Shown here: positions 17,348 to 25,914 of the stretch, piece by piece
How positions within the stretch are numbered: position 1 is the stretch's first letter
Layout: each line of letters begins with the position of its first letter
NCBI GenBank assembly: GCA_016182015.1
Contig: JACOYC010000010.1
Location: forward strand, 1-58,368
Origin: Nanobdellati archaeon
GTDB lineage: Archaea; Nanobdellota; Nanobdellia; UBA10117
Direction: 5' to 3'
Length of the DNA: 58,368 nt
The notes under the pieces: generated by a model
Told to the model about the DNA's origin: nothing
Database searches by the model: none
What the model saw: only the letters and a program-made list of their open reading frames with translations
Translations under genes and position numbers: made by a program

Positions 17348-17705
17348 TTTTCAGCGCACTCCGTAACGCCCACAATCCGAGCAAGGCACATTTAAGCCTT
17401 GTGCCAGTAATTGGAATGTTTAATAGCTTGGTAACATCATCGTCTTTTAAATTTTCTATTTCGGAAATCTGTTTGTTTTTTATCTCGCCGCATAGGATAT
17501 CCGCGCTGGCCTGCGAGATGGCACAGCCATGACCTGAAAACTTTGCGGTTAGCCGGCCATCATGTGTTTTAATTTGTAGTTTAATTCTGTCGCCGCACAG
17601 GGGATTGTACTCCTCCGCTTCGAAATCCGCGCTCTCGATCGCGCCGAAATTATGCGGATTCCTGAACCGGTCAATGATTTCTTCTGCGTAGATGTCGAGT
17701 GTCAT
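17337..17705 (-). CDS. sufU: SufU/IscU-type Fe-S cluster scaffold
   Basis: NPLCGDRIKL, GHGCAISQASA and TRLKCALL supply the three conserved Cys of the NifU N-terminal family. Confidence 0.85.
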   Translation of the reverse strand: MTLDIYAEEIIDRFRNPHNFGAIESADFEAEEYNPLCGDRIKLQIKTHDGRLTAKFSGHGCAISQASADILCGEIKNKQISEIENLKDDDVTKLLNIPITGTRLKCALLGLWALRSALKNGS

Positions 17706-17959
17706 TTCTTGTCTAACGTATGTTCTAAATCTAATACAACATAAAACCAGCCTATTTTTCTTAGTGTTGCTACAATTTCTCGTCTCAATTCTGGCGAGGA
17801 AATTAAACGTTCCATATCTTTTTGTCCGGCAATTATATTCGCAACGCCGTACTTATGCTCAACTATGGCGTTTAGATTTAAAGATTCAAAATAGTCATTT
17901 GATTCTTTTGTGCGCTTTACTATTAAAATCAATTCCTGTTCTGGGCTGTCAGACATCAT
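17702..17959 (-). CDS. hypothetical protein in suf operon
   Basis: 85-aa ORF with 4-nt overlaps to both neighbours. Confidence 0.5.
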   Translation of the reverse strand: MMSDSPEQELILIVKRTKESNDYFESLNLNAIVEHKYGVANIIAGQKDMERLISSPELRREIVATLRKIGWFYVVLDLEHTLDKK

Positions 17960-19302
17960 AACTTCAACACCTTTTTTACCTTTTTTAATCCTTTTATCAT
18001 TGCGTTCACATCTTTTTTATAGTTATATATATAAAAGCTGGCCCGGCAGACCGATTCAACGCCAAGCCTTTTCATCAGTGGCATGGCGCACGCGTGGCCG
18101 CTTCGGATGGCAATGCCTTCGCCGTCAAGTATTTGCGCAACATCATGCGGGTGAGCGCCTTTGATGTTGAATGCAATTACGCCGCCCCGCTGTTTTGCAT
18201 CTTTTGACCCGTAAATCTCAATATCTTTTATTTCTGACAATTTTTCCAGCGCGTATTTTGTCAATTCAATCTCGTGCGTATGCACATTTTCCATTCCTAT
18301 ATTTTCTAAATAATCAATCGCTGCGCCGAATGCAATAACGTCTGCGATGTTTGGCGTGCCTGCCTCGAACTTCCAAGGCAAGTCATTAAACTCTGTTTCA
18401 AACTTCCCAACTTTTTTAATCATGTCACCGCCAAACAAAAATGGTTTCATCTCTTTCAGCAGTTCTTCTTTTGCATACAAAACGCCAACGCCAGTAGGAC
18501 CAAGCATTTTGTGCGATGAGAATGCATAAAAATCGCAGTCAAGTTCCAGGACGTTAACTTTTAGGTGCGGGACTGCCTGCGCACCATCAATCAAAATCTT
18601 CGCATCCGGATTTTTTTCTTTAATTATTTTTACTATTTCGCTTATTGGATTAATTGTTCCTAAAACATTTGAAACATGCGTTAATGAAACAAGCTTTGTA
18701 CTCTTGGTGACAGAATTTTCTAACTGTTTCAAGTCCAGCTCGTAATTTTTATTCACATCAACGAACTTTAATTTAATTCCATTTTCTTGGAGCTGCTGCC
18801 AAGGCACAATGTTGGAGTGGTGCTCTATTATTGTAAGAATAATTTCATCGCCAGCCTTCAAATTGTTTCGCGCCCACGAATATGCAACAAGATTTATCGC
18901 TTCTGTTGTGTTGCGGACAAAAATTATTTCTTTCTCAGATTTCGCATTTATGAATTTTGCGACTTTCTTTCTCGTTGATTCGTATTCTTCTGTTGCCTGC
19001 TCACCGAGCGTATGAATGGCACGGTGAATGTTAGAATTATATTTTTCATAATAACTTTTTAGCGCGTCAATCATAACTTTCGGCTTCTGGCTTGTCGCAG
19101 CGCTGTCCAGATAAACTAACCTTTTGCCATTAATTTTTTGTTTTAAAATTGGAAAGTCCTGCCTAATACCCGAGCCGAACAAAGCTCGGCTGGGCGCAGA
19201 AACCAGAGAAAATTCCGCGGAATTTTCTTGGCCAAGAAAAATGCTTCGGCATTTTTCTTTGGAATCCTGCGGGATTTTTATTGCGTTAGAAAAATCTGCC
19301 AT
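17956..19302 (-). CDS. sufS: cysteine desulfurase SufS (class V aminotransferase)
   Basis: IRQDFPIL..., LVYLDSAATSQKP, SSHKMLGPTGVGVLY and RSGHACAMP. The first ~40 codons of the ATG-started ORF run through hairpin repeats; an alternative TTG start exists at 19182. Confidence 0.9.
   Translation of the reverse strand: MADFSNAIKIPQDSKEKCRSIFLGQENSAEFSLVSAPSRALFGSGIRQDFPILKQKINGKRLVYLDSAATSQKPKVMIDALKSYYEKYNSNIHRAIHTLGEQATEEYESTRKKVAKFINAKSEKEIIFVRNTTEAINLVAYSWARNNLKAGDEIILTIIEHHSNIVPWQQLQENGIKLKFVDVNKNYELDLKQLENSVTKSTKLVSLTHVSNVLGTINPISEIVKIIKEKNPDAKILIDGAQAVPHLKVNVLELDCDFYAFSSHKMLGPTGVGVLYAKEELLKEMKPFLFGGDMIKKVGKFETEFNDLPWKFEAGTPNIADVIAFGAAIDYLENIGMENVHTHEIELTKYALEKLSEIKDIEIYGSKDAKQRGGVIAFNIKGAHPHDVAQILDGEGIAIRSGHACAMPLMKRLGVESVCRASFYIYNYKKDVNAMIKGLKKVKKVLKL
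19170..19279. repeat. hairpin-module array B (same family as A)
   Basis: Perfect 22-nt palindrome AGAAAATTCCGCGGAATTTTCT (19207-19228). Also TTGGCCAAG and AGAAAAATGC-TTCG-GCATTTTTCT (19235-19258). The TTTTCTTGGCCAAGAAAA junction is shared with array A. Confidence 0.85.
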
Positions 19303-19303
19303 T

Positions 19304-20776
19304 TTAATTAATTGCGTTTGTCATCTCTAGTTCTATCAAGCGATTGAACTCAATCGCATACTCGAGTGGCAGCTGTTTCGTGAATTCCTGCAAAAAGCCG
19401 GATACTATTAGCGTAGTGGCCTGCTGCTCTGTCAGGCCTCTGCTCATTAAATAAAATAGCTGGTCCTCAGAAACCTTGCCGACTGTAGCTTCATGGCCTG
19501 TCGAGACATCTTTTTCATCGACCTGCAATGCTGGGAATGTGTCGGACCGCGATTTTTCGTCCAGCATTATTGCATCGCAACGCATGTGCGACTTGGAATT
19601 TTTTGCGCCTTTGATAACTTTTACAATCCCTCTGAACGCAGTGACGCCGCTGTCTTTGCTCACGGATTTTGAAAGTATTGTTGAACTCGTATCAGGTGCA
19701 AGATGGTATGCCTTTGCTCCTGTGTCCTGGCACTGGCCAGCTCCTGCAAAAGCAACTGAAATGATATTCGCCTTTGCCCCGCGGCCTGCAAGCAAGACGC
19801 AAGGATATTTCATCGTGATGCAGCTGCCAACATTCGCGTCAAGCCACTCAACATATGCATCCTCATGTGCCTTTGCCCGTTTCGTGACAAGATTGTAGAT
19901 GTTGCTCGCCCAGTTCTGCAACGTTGTGTATCTGATTCTGGAATTTTTGTGCGCGATCACTTCAACAACCGCGGCGTGCAGCGAGTTTGTTGAGTATGAC
20001 GGTGCGGAGCAGCCTTCAATATAATGTACCTCCGCGCCTTCTTCGGCAATTATCAGTGTGCGCTCAAACTGGCCCATGTTTTTTGCGTTGATTCTAAAAT
20101 AAGCTTGGAGGGGCAGCGGGACTTTCACATTTCTTGGCACATAAACAAACGAGCCACCGGACCAGACTGCTGAGTTTAACGCTGCAAATTTATTGTCTGC
20201 GTACGGAATGACGGTGCCGAAATATTTTTTTACAATTTCCGGGTGCTCGCGGAGTGCTGTATCCATGTCGCAGAATATTACGCCGAGCTTTTCCAAATCC
20301 TCGCGGACTTTGTGGTAAACTGTTTCTGAGTCAAACTGCGTGCCGGCCCCTGACAAAAATTTTCTTTCTGCTTCTGGTATGCCGAGCTTCTCAAATGTTT
20401 TTTTAATATTCTCAGGTACATCGTCCCAGCTTGTAGCGTTTTTTGCCTTTGGGCTTTTGTAATACGTTATTTCGTCAAAATTTACGTTGGAAAGATTAGC
20501 GCCCCATTTTGGCATCGGCCTTTGCAGAAAATGCCTGAAGGCCTTTAACCGCAGGTCGAGCATCCAGGCTGGCTCGTTTTTTAGTGCGGAAATCTTTCTT
20601 ACAATTTCCTCGGATATGCCTTTTGGCAGTTCAATATCATAATCCGCTTCCGTAATTTCGGAATATTTGTTCGGATTTATAGAAAAACCGAGTTTATCAT
20701 CATTCAGTTTTTCTATTCCTTCAACTCGTTTGCGAGTTGAAGCTATATCCAAAAACGATGTCTCTGTTTGTGTCAT
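19304..20776 (-). CDS. sufB: Fe-S cluster assembly protein SufB
   Basis: 490 aa. Typical SufB blocks are visible, for example [21 protein letters not shown] and [21 protein letters not shown]. Confidence 0.95.
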   Translation of the reverse strand: MTQTETSFLDIASTRKRVEGIEKLNDDKLGFSINPNKYSEITEADYDIELPKGISEEIVRKISALKNEPAWMLDLRLKAFRHFLQRPMPKWGANLSNVNFDEITYYKSPKAKNATSWDDVPENIKKTFEKLGIPEAERKFLSGAGTQFDSETVYHKVREDLEKLGVIFCDMDTALREHPEIVKKYFGTVIPYADNKFAALNSAVWSGGSFVYVPRNVKVPLPLQAYFRINAKNMGQFERTLIIAEEGAEVHYIEGCSAPSYSTNSLHAAVVEVIAHKNSRIRYTTLQNWASNIYNLVTKRAKAHEDAYVEWLDANVGSCITMKYPCVLLAGRGAKANIISVAFAGAGQCQDTGAKAYHLAPDTSSTILSKSVSKDSGVTAFRGIVKVIKGAKNSKSHMRCDAIMLDEKSRSDTFPALQVDEKDVSTGHEATVGKVSEDQLFYLMSRGLTEQQATTLIVSGFLQEFTKQLPLEYAIEFNRLIELEMTNAIN

Positions 20777-21564
20777 TGTGCAGCAGCCTCCGCAACTTTG
20801 AGAGAATCGTAGCCAGATTTTTCTGTTTCTCTTGCCAACTCTGCGCCGCCGCTATTTACAATTTTACCATCAACAATGATATGGACAAAATCCGGCTTAA
20901 CGTGTTCCAAAATTCTGTTGTAGTGCGTTATCAACAGCACGCCAGTCTTGTTTTCCGCAACTGTCTCTTTTATTCCTGCTGCGACTGATTTTAATCCATC
21001 GACATCAGTTCCGGAATCCGGTTCGTCAAGGATTGCAAACTTTGGCTTCAGCACTTCAAGCTGCAAAATCTCTGAACGCTTTTTCTCGCCGCCCGAAAAA
21101 CCGTGATTGAGGCCGCGCTTCAGAAATTCTTCCGGCATTCCGAGTTGCGACATTTTTTCTTTCAGCTGCTTGTGAAATTCTTTAACTGCCGGCGCGCCGT
21201 CGTTTGTTCTGGCCAGCACAGTCCGCAAAAAGTTTGATATGCCAACACCTTCGACTTCCTGCGGATACTGAAATCCGAGAAAGACGCCGAGCTTTGCCCG
21301 CTCGTTAGCTGGCAGATTTATGATTGATTTGCCGTTCAATAAAATGTCCCCGTGCGTGATTTTATATTTCGGGTGGCCCATGAGTGCAAGGCTTAGCGTG
21401 GACTTGCCGGAGCCGTTTGGACCCATCAGCGCGTGCACTTCTCCGGAGTTTATCGTTAGGCTTATTCCACTAATTATTTCTTTTCTTTCACGCTGCACAG
21501 CGGTATTCGCCGAGCTTTGCTCAGCGTTAACAGCAACGTGCAAATCTTTCATTTCAAATTTCAT
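20773..21564 (-). CDS. sufC: Fe-S cluster assembly ATPase SufC
   Basis: Walker [13 protein letters not shown] signature FSGGEKKR and Walker B ILDEPDSG. Start set at [10 protein letters not shown]; MKDLHV at 21552 is also possible. Confidence 0.93.
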   Translation of the reverse strand: MKFEMKDLHVAVNAEQSSANTAVQRERKEIISGISLTINSGEVHALMGPNGSGKSTLSLALMGHPKYKITHGDILLNGKSIINLPANERAKLGVFLGFQYPQEVEGVGISNFLRTVLARTNDGAPAVKEFHKQLKEKMSQLGMPEEFLKRGLNHGFSGGEKKRSEILQLEVLKPKFAILDEPDSGTDVDGLKSVAAGIKETVAENKTGVLLITHYNRILEHVKPDFVHIIVDGKIVNSGGAELARETEKSGYDSLKVAEAAAQ

Positions 21565-21916
21565 TTTCAAAACAAACCCTGCAGCCCTCGGGCGTTTCCT
21601 TGTCAAGTTTCATATGCACCTGGCAAAGAACATTTGTCATCAGAACTTTTTTGGAAAGATAATTTAGCGCGGCAATTGGGTGAATAATGCCGGTGAGCAT
21701 CTTTTCCGCAATAATTTTCAATTCGCCCGTTATCTCTTTGTTAAATTTTATTTTTGAGCCGCGCTTGCCTTTAATATACTGCGAAACTGCCGGCTCGGTG
21801 ATTCCCAGCAAGGCCGCAATCTGCTTTTGGCTGAGCCTGCCGGATAGTTCATGGCAGAGCGCGCTCCTTATCGCGGGGAGAATATACCAAACCTCTACCT
21901 CTTGAGGGAGCATCAT
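21554..21916 (-). CDS. HTH transcriptional regulator with C-terminal Cys/His cluster
   Basis: HTH segment SQKQIAALLGITEPAVSQYIKG. C-terminal CQVH-x10-C-x2-C. First gene of the suf cluster. Confidence 0.65.
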   Translation of the reverse strand: MMLPQEVEVWYILPAIRSALCHELSGRLSQKQIAALLGITEPAVSQYIKGKRGSKIKFNKEITGELKIIAEKMLTGIIHPIAALNYLSKKVLMTNVLCQVHMKLDKETPEGCRVCFENEI

Positions 21917-22020
21917 ATATAATTAACAATAGTTAAGTTTTTAAATGTTTTGGCGTTGCAACGAAACAGAACTAAATCGCATGAGCTGGCAAATTTTTAC
22001 CAAATTGGAATCATTACATT

Positions 22021-22174
22021 TGTTCAACATCGTGTATGCCGCTCTCCTTCAAACTTTTTGAGACCAAAAAGTTTGATCAAAAAGTCCCGCCTTCGGCGGA
22101 ATAAAATATTATTATAAACTATTTATTAAGCTAATCAGTTATACCTGTTCAACATCGTGTATGCCGCTCTCCTT
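22021..22174. repeat. 29-bp direct duplication of the guaB 3' end flanking a 96-bp hairpin insert
   Basis: TGTTCAACATCGTGTATGCCGCTCTCCTT at 22021-22049 and 22146-22174. Insert contains CAAACTTTTTG-AGAC-CAAAAAGTTTG and CCGCC-TTC-GGCGG. Confidence 0.9.
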
Positions 22175-23617
22175 AAGGCCTGCTGGCGTTATCCTGACAA
22201 ACTCTGCGCGCTTCCAGAGCTCTTCTATTGTTCTTGCGCCAACATAGCTCATGCCTGAACGCAGCCCGCCGGCCAGCTGCACAACAACCTCTGCAACGCT
22301 GCCTTTGTAAGGGACTGTCACCTGGTCTGCCCCCTCAGAAACATAATCGCCAAGCACTTCTTCGCTTCCGCTTTCCTCTGTTTTTTTTCTGTCGATGTGC
22401 TGCGAGAGCGATGCCGAGCCGCGGTATAGTTTTGACCTTCGGCCGTTCCACATAACTATCTCGCCGGGCGATTCGTCCGTGCCTGCGAATAGCGAGCCAA
22501 ACATGCCTGCTGACGCGCCGGCGGCGATTGCTTTTACAAAATCACCTGGCTGGCGCATTCCACCATCCGCGATTATTGGTACATTGCCTGCGCCTTTTTT
22601 TGCCCACGTGATTGCGGTAAACTGCGGCACGCCAGAGCCTGCCACTAATCTTGTTTTGCAGATTGTGCCGTTGCCAATGCCAACGCGAATTGAGTCCGCG
22701 CCGGCTGCTGCTATATCTCTCGCGCCTTCCTCTGTCGCAATGTTGCCTGCCATCAGGTCTGTGCCCGGGAATTTTTCCCTGAGCCTGCTGACCGCATCGA
22801 GAGACACCTCAAGATGCCCGTGCGCAACATCAACACAAATCAAATCTGCGCCGGCTTTTATCGCTGCCTCCGCCCGCTCGAGATAATCGCCCCGAATGCC
22901 GACTGCCGCCCCAACCACCAAACGGCCCTTCTTGTCGCGCACGGCCAGCGGGTTGAGCCTGTTCGTCAAATCCTTTGCAGTTATCAGCCCGACCAGCCTG
23001 TCGGCCGCATCAACAAGAGGCAGCTTTTCTATGCTGAATTTCCTGAAAACTTCCTTTGCCTGCTCGAGCGTTGTCTCTGGCCTGCCAACAATTAATTTTT
23101 CGCGCGGAGTCATTATCTCGCTTAATTTTTTCCCTTTGTCGCTTTCAAATTTTATGTTGCGGCTTGTTACTATGCCGAGCAGCTTGTTTTCCTGATTTAC
23201 AACTATAAAACTATACACGCCAATTTTGTGCGCGGTCTCCAATGCATCACGGACTGCTGCTTCAGGCGAGATTGTTATCGGCTCATCAATAACTAAATTC
23301 TCCGCGCGTTTTACCTTCAGGACTTCTTCTACTTCTTCTTTGATTGTCATAAACCTGTGAATTATTCCAAGACCGCCAGCCCGCGCCATCGCAGTCGCCA
23401 TGCCTGCTTCCGTTACCGTGCTCATGTCCAGCGAAATTGCCGGCACGTTGATTGTTATATTTCTAGAAATCTTGGCGCGCAAATCAACATCCCTGCGGGA
23501 CATGACTGATGAGCGCTTTGGCACGAGCAGCACATCGTCAAATGCCAGCCCCTCGCGAAGCCCCTCCATGCCTGGAGCAGTATAAAAAGATTTTAAAGTA
23601 TTTCTATTGTCTGACAT
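22139..23617 (-). CDS. guaB: IMP dehydrogenase (with CBS pair)
   Basis: FDDVLLVP, a CBS region, and GIGNGTICKTR / GGMRQPGDFVKA catalytic blocks. Start set at MSDNRN (23617). Confidence 0.9.
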   Translation of the reverse strand: MSDNRNTLKSFYTAPGMEGLREGLAFDDVLLVPKRSSVMSRRDVDLRAKISRNITINVPAISLDMSTVTEAGMATAMARAGGLGIIHRFMTIKEEVEEVLKVKRAENLVIDEPITISPEAAVRDALETAHKIGVYSFIVVNQENKLLGIVTSRNIKFESDKGKKLSEIMTPREKLIVGRPETTLEQAKEVFRKFSIEKLPLVDAADRLVGLITAKDLTNRLNPLAVRDKKGRLVVGAAVGIRGDYLERAEAAIKAGADLICVDVAHGHLEVSLDAVSRLREKFPGTDLMAGNIATEEGARDIAAAGADSIRVGIGNGTICKTRLVAGSGVPQFTAITWAKKGAGNVPIIADGGMRQPGDFVKAIAAGASAGMFGSLFAGTDESPGEIVMWNGRRSKLYRGSASLSQHIDRKKTEESGSEEVLGDYVSEGADQVTVPYKGSVAEVVVQLAGGLRSGMSYVGARTIEELWKRAEFVRITPAGLKESGIHDVEQV

Positions 23618-23619
23618 AC

Positions 23620-23928
23620 ATGGTAAATATAATAGCTGCAAAAGCAGGCGAGATTGCGCAGGGCGGGAGAAAAATTGTAGAAGTAAGTGGCAGGGAGATA
23701 GTTTTATTTAATTTGGGCAACAAATATTATGCAATAGAAAATATCTGCCCCCATCAGGCCGGCCCGGTAGGCGAAGGCGAGATCAGCGAGGGCGATGTCG
23801 TGGCCTGCCCGCTGCACGAATGGCGATTCAACATAAAGACCGGCCAGAGCCCAGACTTCTCGGGCATAGCCGTAAAGACCTTTCCAGTAAGGGTTGAAAA
23901 CGGAAATGTAATTCTTGCGATGGACTAA
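23620..23928 (+). CDS. Rieske [2Fe-2S] domain protein (NirD-like small ferredoxin)
   Basis: CPHQAGP ... CPLHEWRF Rieske ligand motifs. Start at MVNIIAAKAGE. Confidence 0.8.
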   Translation: MVNIIAAKAGEIAQGGRKIVEVSGREIVLFNLGNKYYAIENICPHQAGPVGEGEISEGDVVACPLHEWRFNIKTGQSPDFSGIAVKTFPVRVENGNVILAMD

Positions 23929-23979
23929 ACTAGCCGATACAGTTGAAATTGTTCAACTGTCTCGCTGAACGCTAAGCGT

Positions 23980-24549
23980 TCAGCCGATATAAGCAACTTC
24001 TTTCCCTCCAAACTCGTTATAATATTCCTCAATTTTTTCTTCTGAAAGATACAGGCCAAGCGTGAGGCCAGCCTCGAAGGCCAGCCGCGTCATGTCCATA
24101 CAATAGAACAGGATTGCGCCCATCTCCCGCGGCCTGCCTTTGACTTTTGCCATTGATTTTTTGTAATTATACTGCTGCTTCAAAAGCTCGTAAACATTCG
24201 TGACCTCCTGCTTTACGCCGGTAAATTCCCCTGAGTCCGGCTCTTCCGTGGCTTCGGGCGGCACCATATCCTTGCCGAACTGAAAGCCATGGTTCAGATA
24301 AAATCCAAGAAACTCGCGGATTGCGGTCTCGAGGGCAGGGCTGTGCAGTTTTGATTTTTTTAGGGAATTTATAAGAACATTTATGCGCGCAGTTACATCC
24401 TTTATTATTGTATTTGCTATTTTCTGGTTTTTCGGCTCTAGGCAGTTCTTTGCTATCTCCGCCAAAACCCGCCGCGTATTTTCGTCCAGCGATTTCGGTA
24501 TGTTTACTTTTACTTTGCATGTCTTGCCGTAAATTATGTGGGTGGCCAT
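23980..24549 (-). CDS. hypothetical protein
   Basis: 189-aa ORF immediately downstream of E2 on the same strand. Confidence 0.5.
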   Translation of the reverse strand: MATHIIYGKTCKVKVNIPKSLDENTRRVLAEIAKNCLEPKNQKIANTIIKDVTARINVLINSLKKSKLHSPALETAIREFLGFYLNHGFQFGKDMVPPEATEEPDSGEFTGVKQEVTNVYELLKQQYNYKKSMAKVKGRPREMGAILFYCMDMTRLAFEAGLTLGLYLSEEKIEEYYNEFGGKEVAYIG

Positions 24550-24581
24550 GTTTTGTTTATGTGCGCGGCGTATTTAAACTT

Positions 24582-25907
24582 TTACGAAATAATCAGCGCA
24601 ATATTCTCCAGGTATTTCTTGATTTCATTTACAAATGCTGCTGCCTCTGCACCGTCAAGTATGCGATGGTCAAAGGCCAGCGAGACAGGCAGGAATTTTC
24701 GAATCTGTATTTTTCCGTCCACAACTGCTACTTTATCATAGATTTTTCCCAGCGCGAGAATTGCGGACTCCGGATAATTTATAATCGGTGTCGCAAAAAG
24801 CCCGCCAACAGAACCGATGTTTGTAATTGTAAATGTCCCGCCGCGCATCTGCATCAAATCGATTGTTCTGTCGCGCGCCTTCTGGGCCAGCCCTTCAACT
24901 TCCTTCGCGATGTCCAGCAGGCCCTTCCGCTCCGCAGACTTTATGACTGGCACGAGCAGGCCATCTTCTGTCGCAACCGCGAAACCTATGTTATAATATT
25001 TTTTCAAAATAATTTCCTGATTTTCCGAATCCATGGCCGCATTCAGATACGGGTGATTCTTGAGCGCGGCCGAAACTGCTTTGATGATGTACGGCATAAA
25101 TGTGAGCTTTACTCCTTTTTGCTCTGCGGATTTTTTTTCCTTCTCGCGGTGCGCCCATAAATCAGTCACGTCAATTTCGTCCATGTGTGTAACGTGGGGC
25201 GCGGTAAAAAGAGATTTAACCATGTTGTCTGCGATTGCCTTCCGGACACCCTTCAGCGGCACGCGGTCAACATAGCCAAAGAAATCATATTTTTTTACAA
25301 CACGCGGCGCTTCTGGTTTTATCTGCTGCTGGAACTCGACTGCTTTTTTAACATCTGCTTCTGTAATCCGGCTGGCCGGCCCCGTGCCGCTTACTTTTGC
25401 TAAATCAAGATTATACTGCCTTGCGAGCGCGCGGACTGCCGGCGTTGCAAGGGACTGCGCTGCTGCCTGCGTTTTGTGTTCCTGCGCAACATGTTCGGAT
25501 AATTTCTGCTGGTTCGGGAAGGCAAGCCTGCAGACATCACAGACTGCGCCAGACGTTTTGGCTTCTTCTAATTCGCCGACTACCGCAATACCGCGTTGTT
25601 TGGTTATTAGTATTTGGTTTTTGGTTTTTGGTTCTTCAGTCTTCAGTCTTGTAGCTTCTGCTTCCTCACTTTTCTCGCCAATCACTGCTAAAACTTCGCC
25701 GACCTTTACATTCTCGCCTTCCTTGAAATTGATTTTTATGACTGTGCCAGAAGTTGGCGAGGGAATATCAACAATCGCTTTTGAAGTTTCTATTTTCACG
25801 ATTACCTGATGTTCAGAAACATTATCGCCTTCTTTCACGAGCCATTTTACTATGTCGCCTTCTGCTATGCCTTCCCCTACGTCGGGGAATTTGAATTCTG
25901 TTGCCAT
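24582..25907 (-). CDS. dihydrolipoamide acyltransferase (E2) of a 2-oxoacid dehydrogenase complex
   Basis: Lipoyl domain (ETSKA), E3/E1-binding domain (ATPAVRALARQYNLDL...GTGPASRIT) and catalytic domain (SLAFDHRILDGA). Confidence 0.9.
   Translation of the reverse strand: MATEFKFPDVGEGIAEGDIVKWLVKEGDNVSEHQVIVKIETSKAIVDIPSPTSGTVIKINFKEGENVKVGEVLAVIGEKSEEAEATRLKTEEPKTKNQILITKQRGIAVVGELEEAKTSGAVCDVCRLAFPNQQKLSEHVAQEHKTQAAAQSLATPAVRALARQYNLDLAKVSGTGPASRITEADVKKAVEFQQQIKPEAPRVVKKYDFFGYVDRVPLKGVRKAIADNMVKSLFTAPHVTHMDEIDVTDLWAHREKEKKSAEQKGVKLTFMPYIIKAVSAALKNHPYLNAAMDSENQEIILKKYYNIGFAVATEDGLLVPVIKSAERKGLLDIAKEVEGLAQKARDRTIDLMQMRGGTFTITNIGSVGGLFATPIINYPESAILALGKIYDKVAVVDGKIQIRKFLPVSLAFDHRILDGAEAAAFVNEIKKYLENIALIIS
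25605..25660 (-). repeat. degenerate heptanucleotide tract inside the E2 linker coding region
   Basis: Minus strand reads AAGACTG AAGACTG AAGAACC AAAAACC AAAAACC AAATACT AATAACC AAACAAC. Confidence 0.7.
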
Positions 25908-25914
25908 TTTGCGC

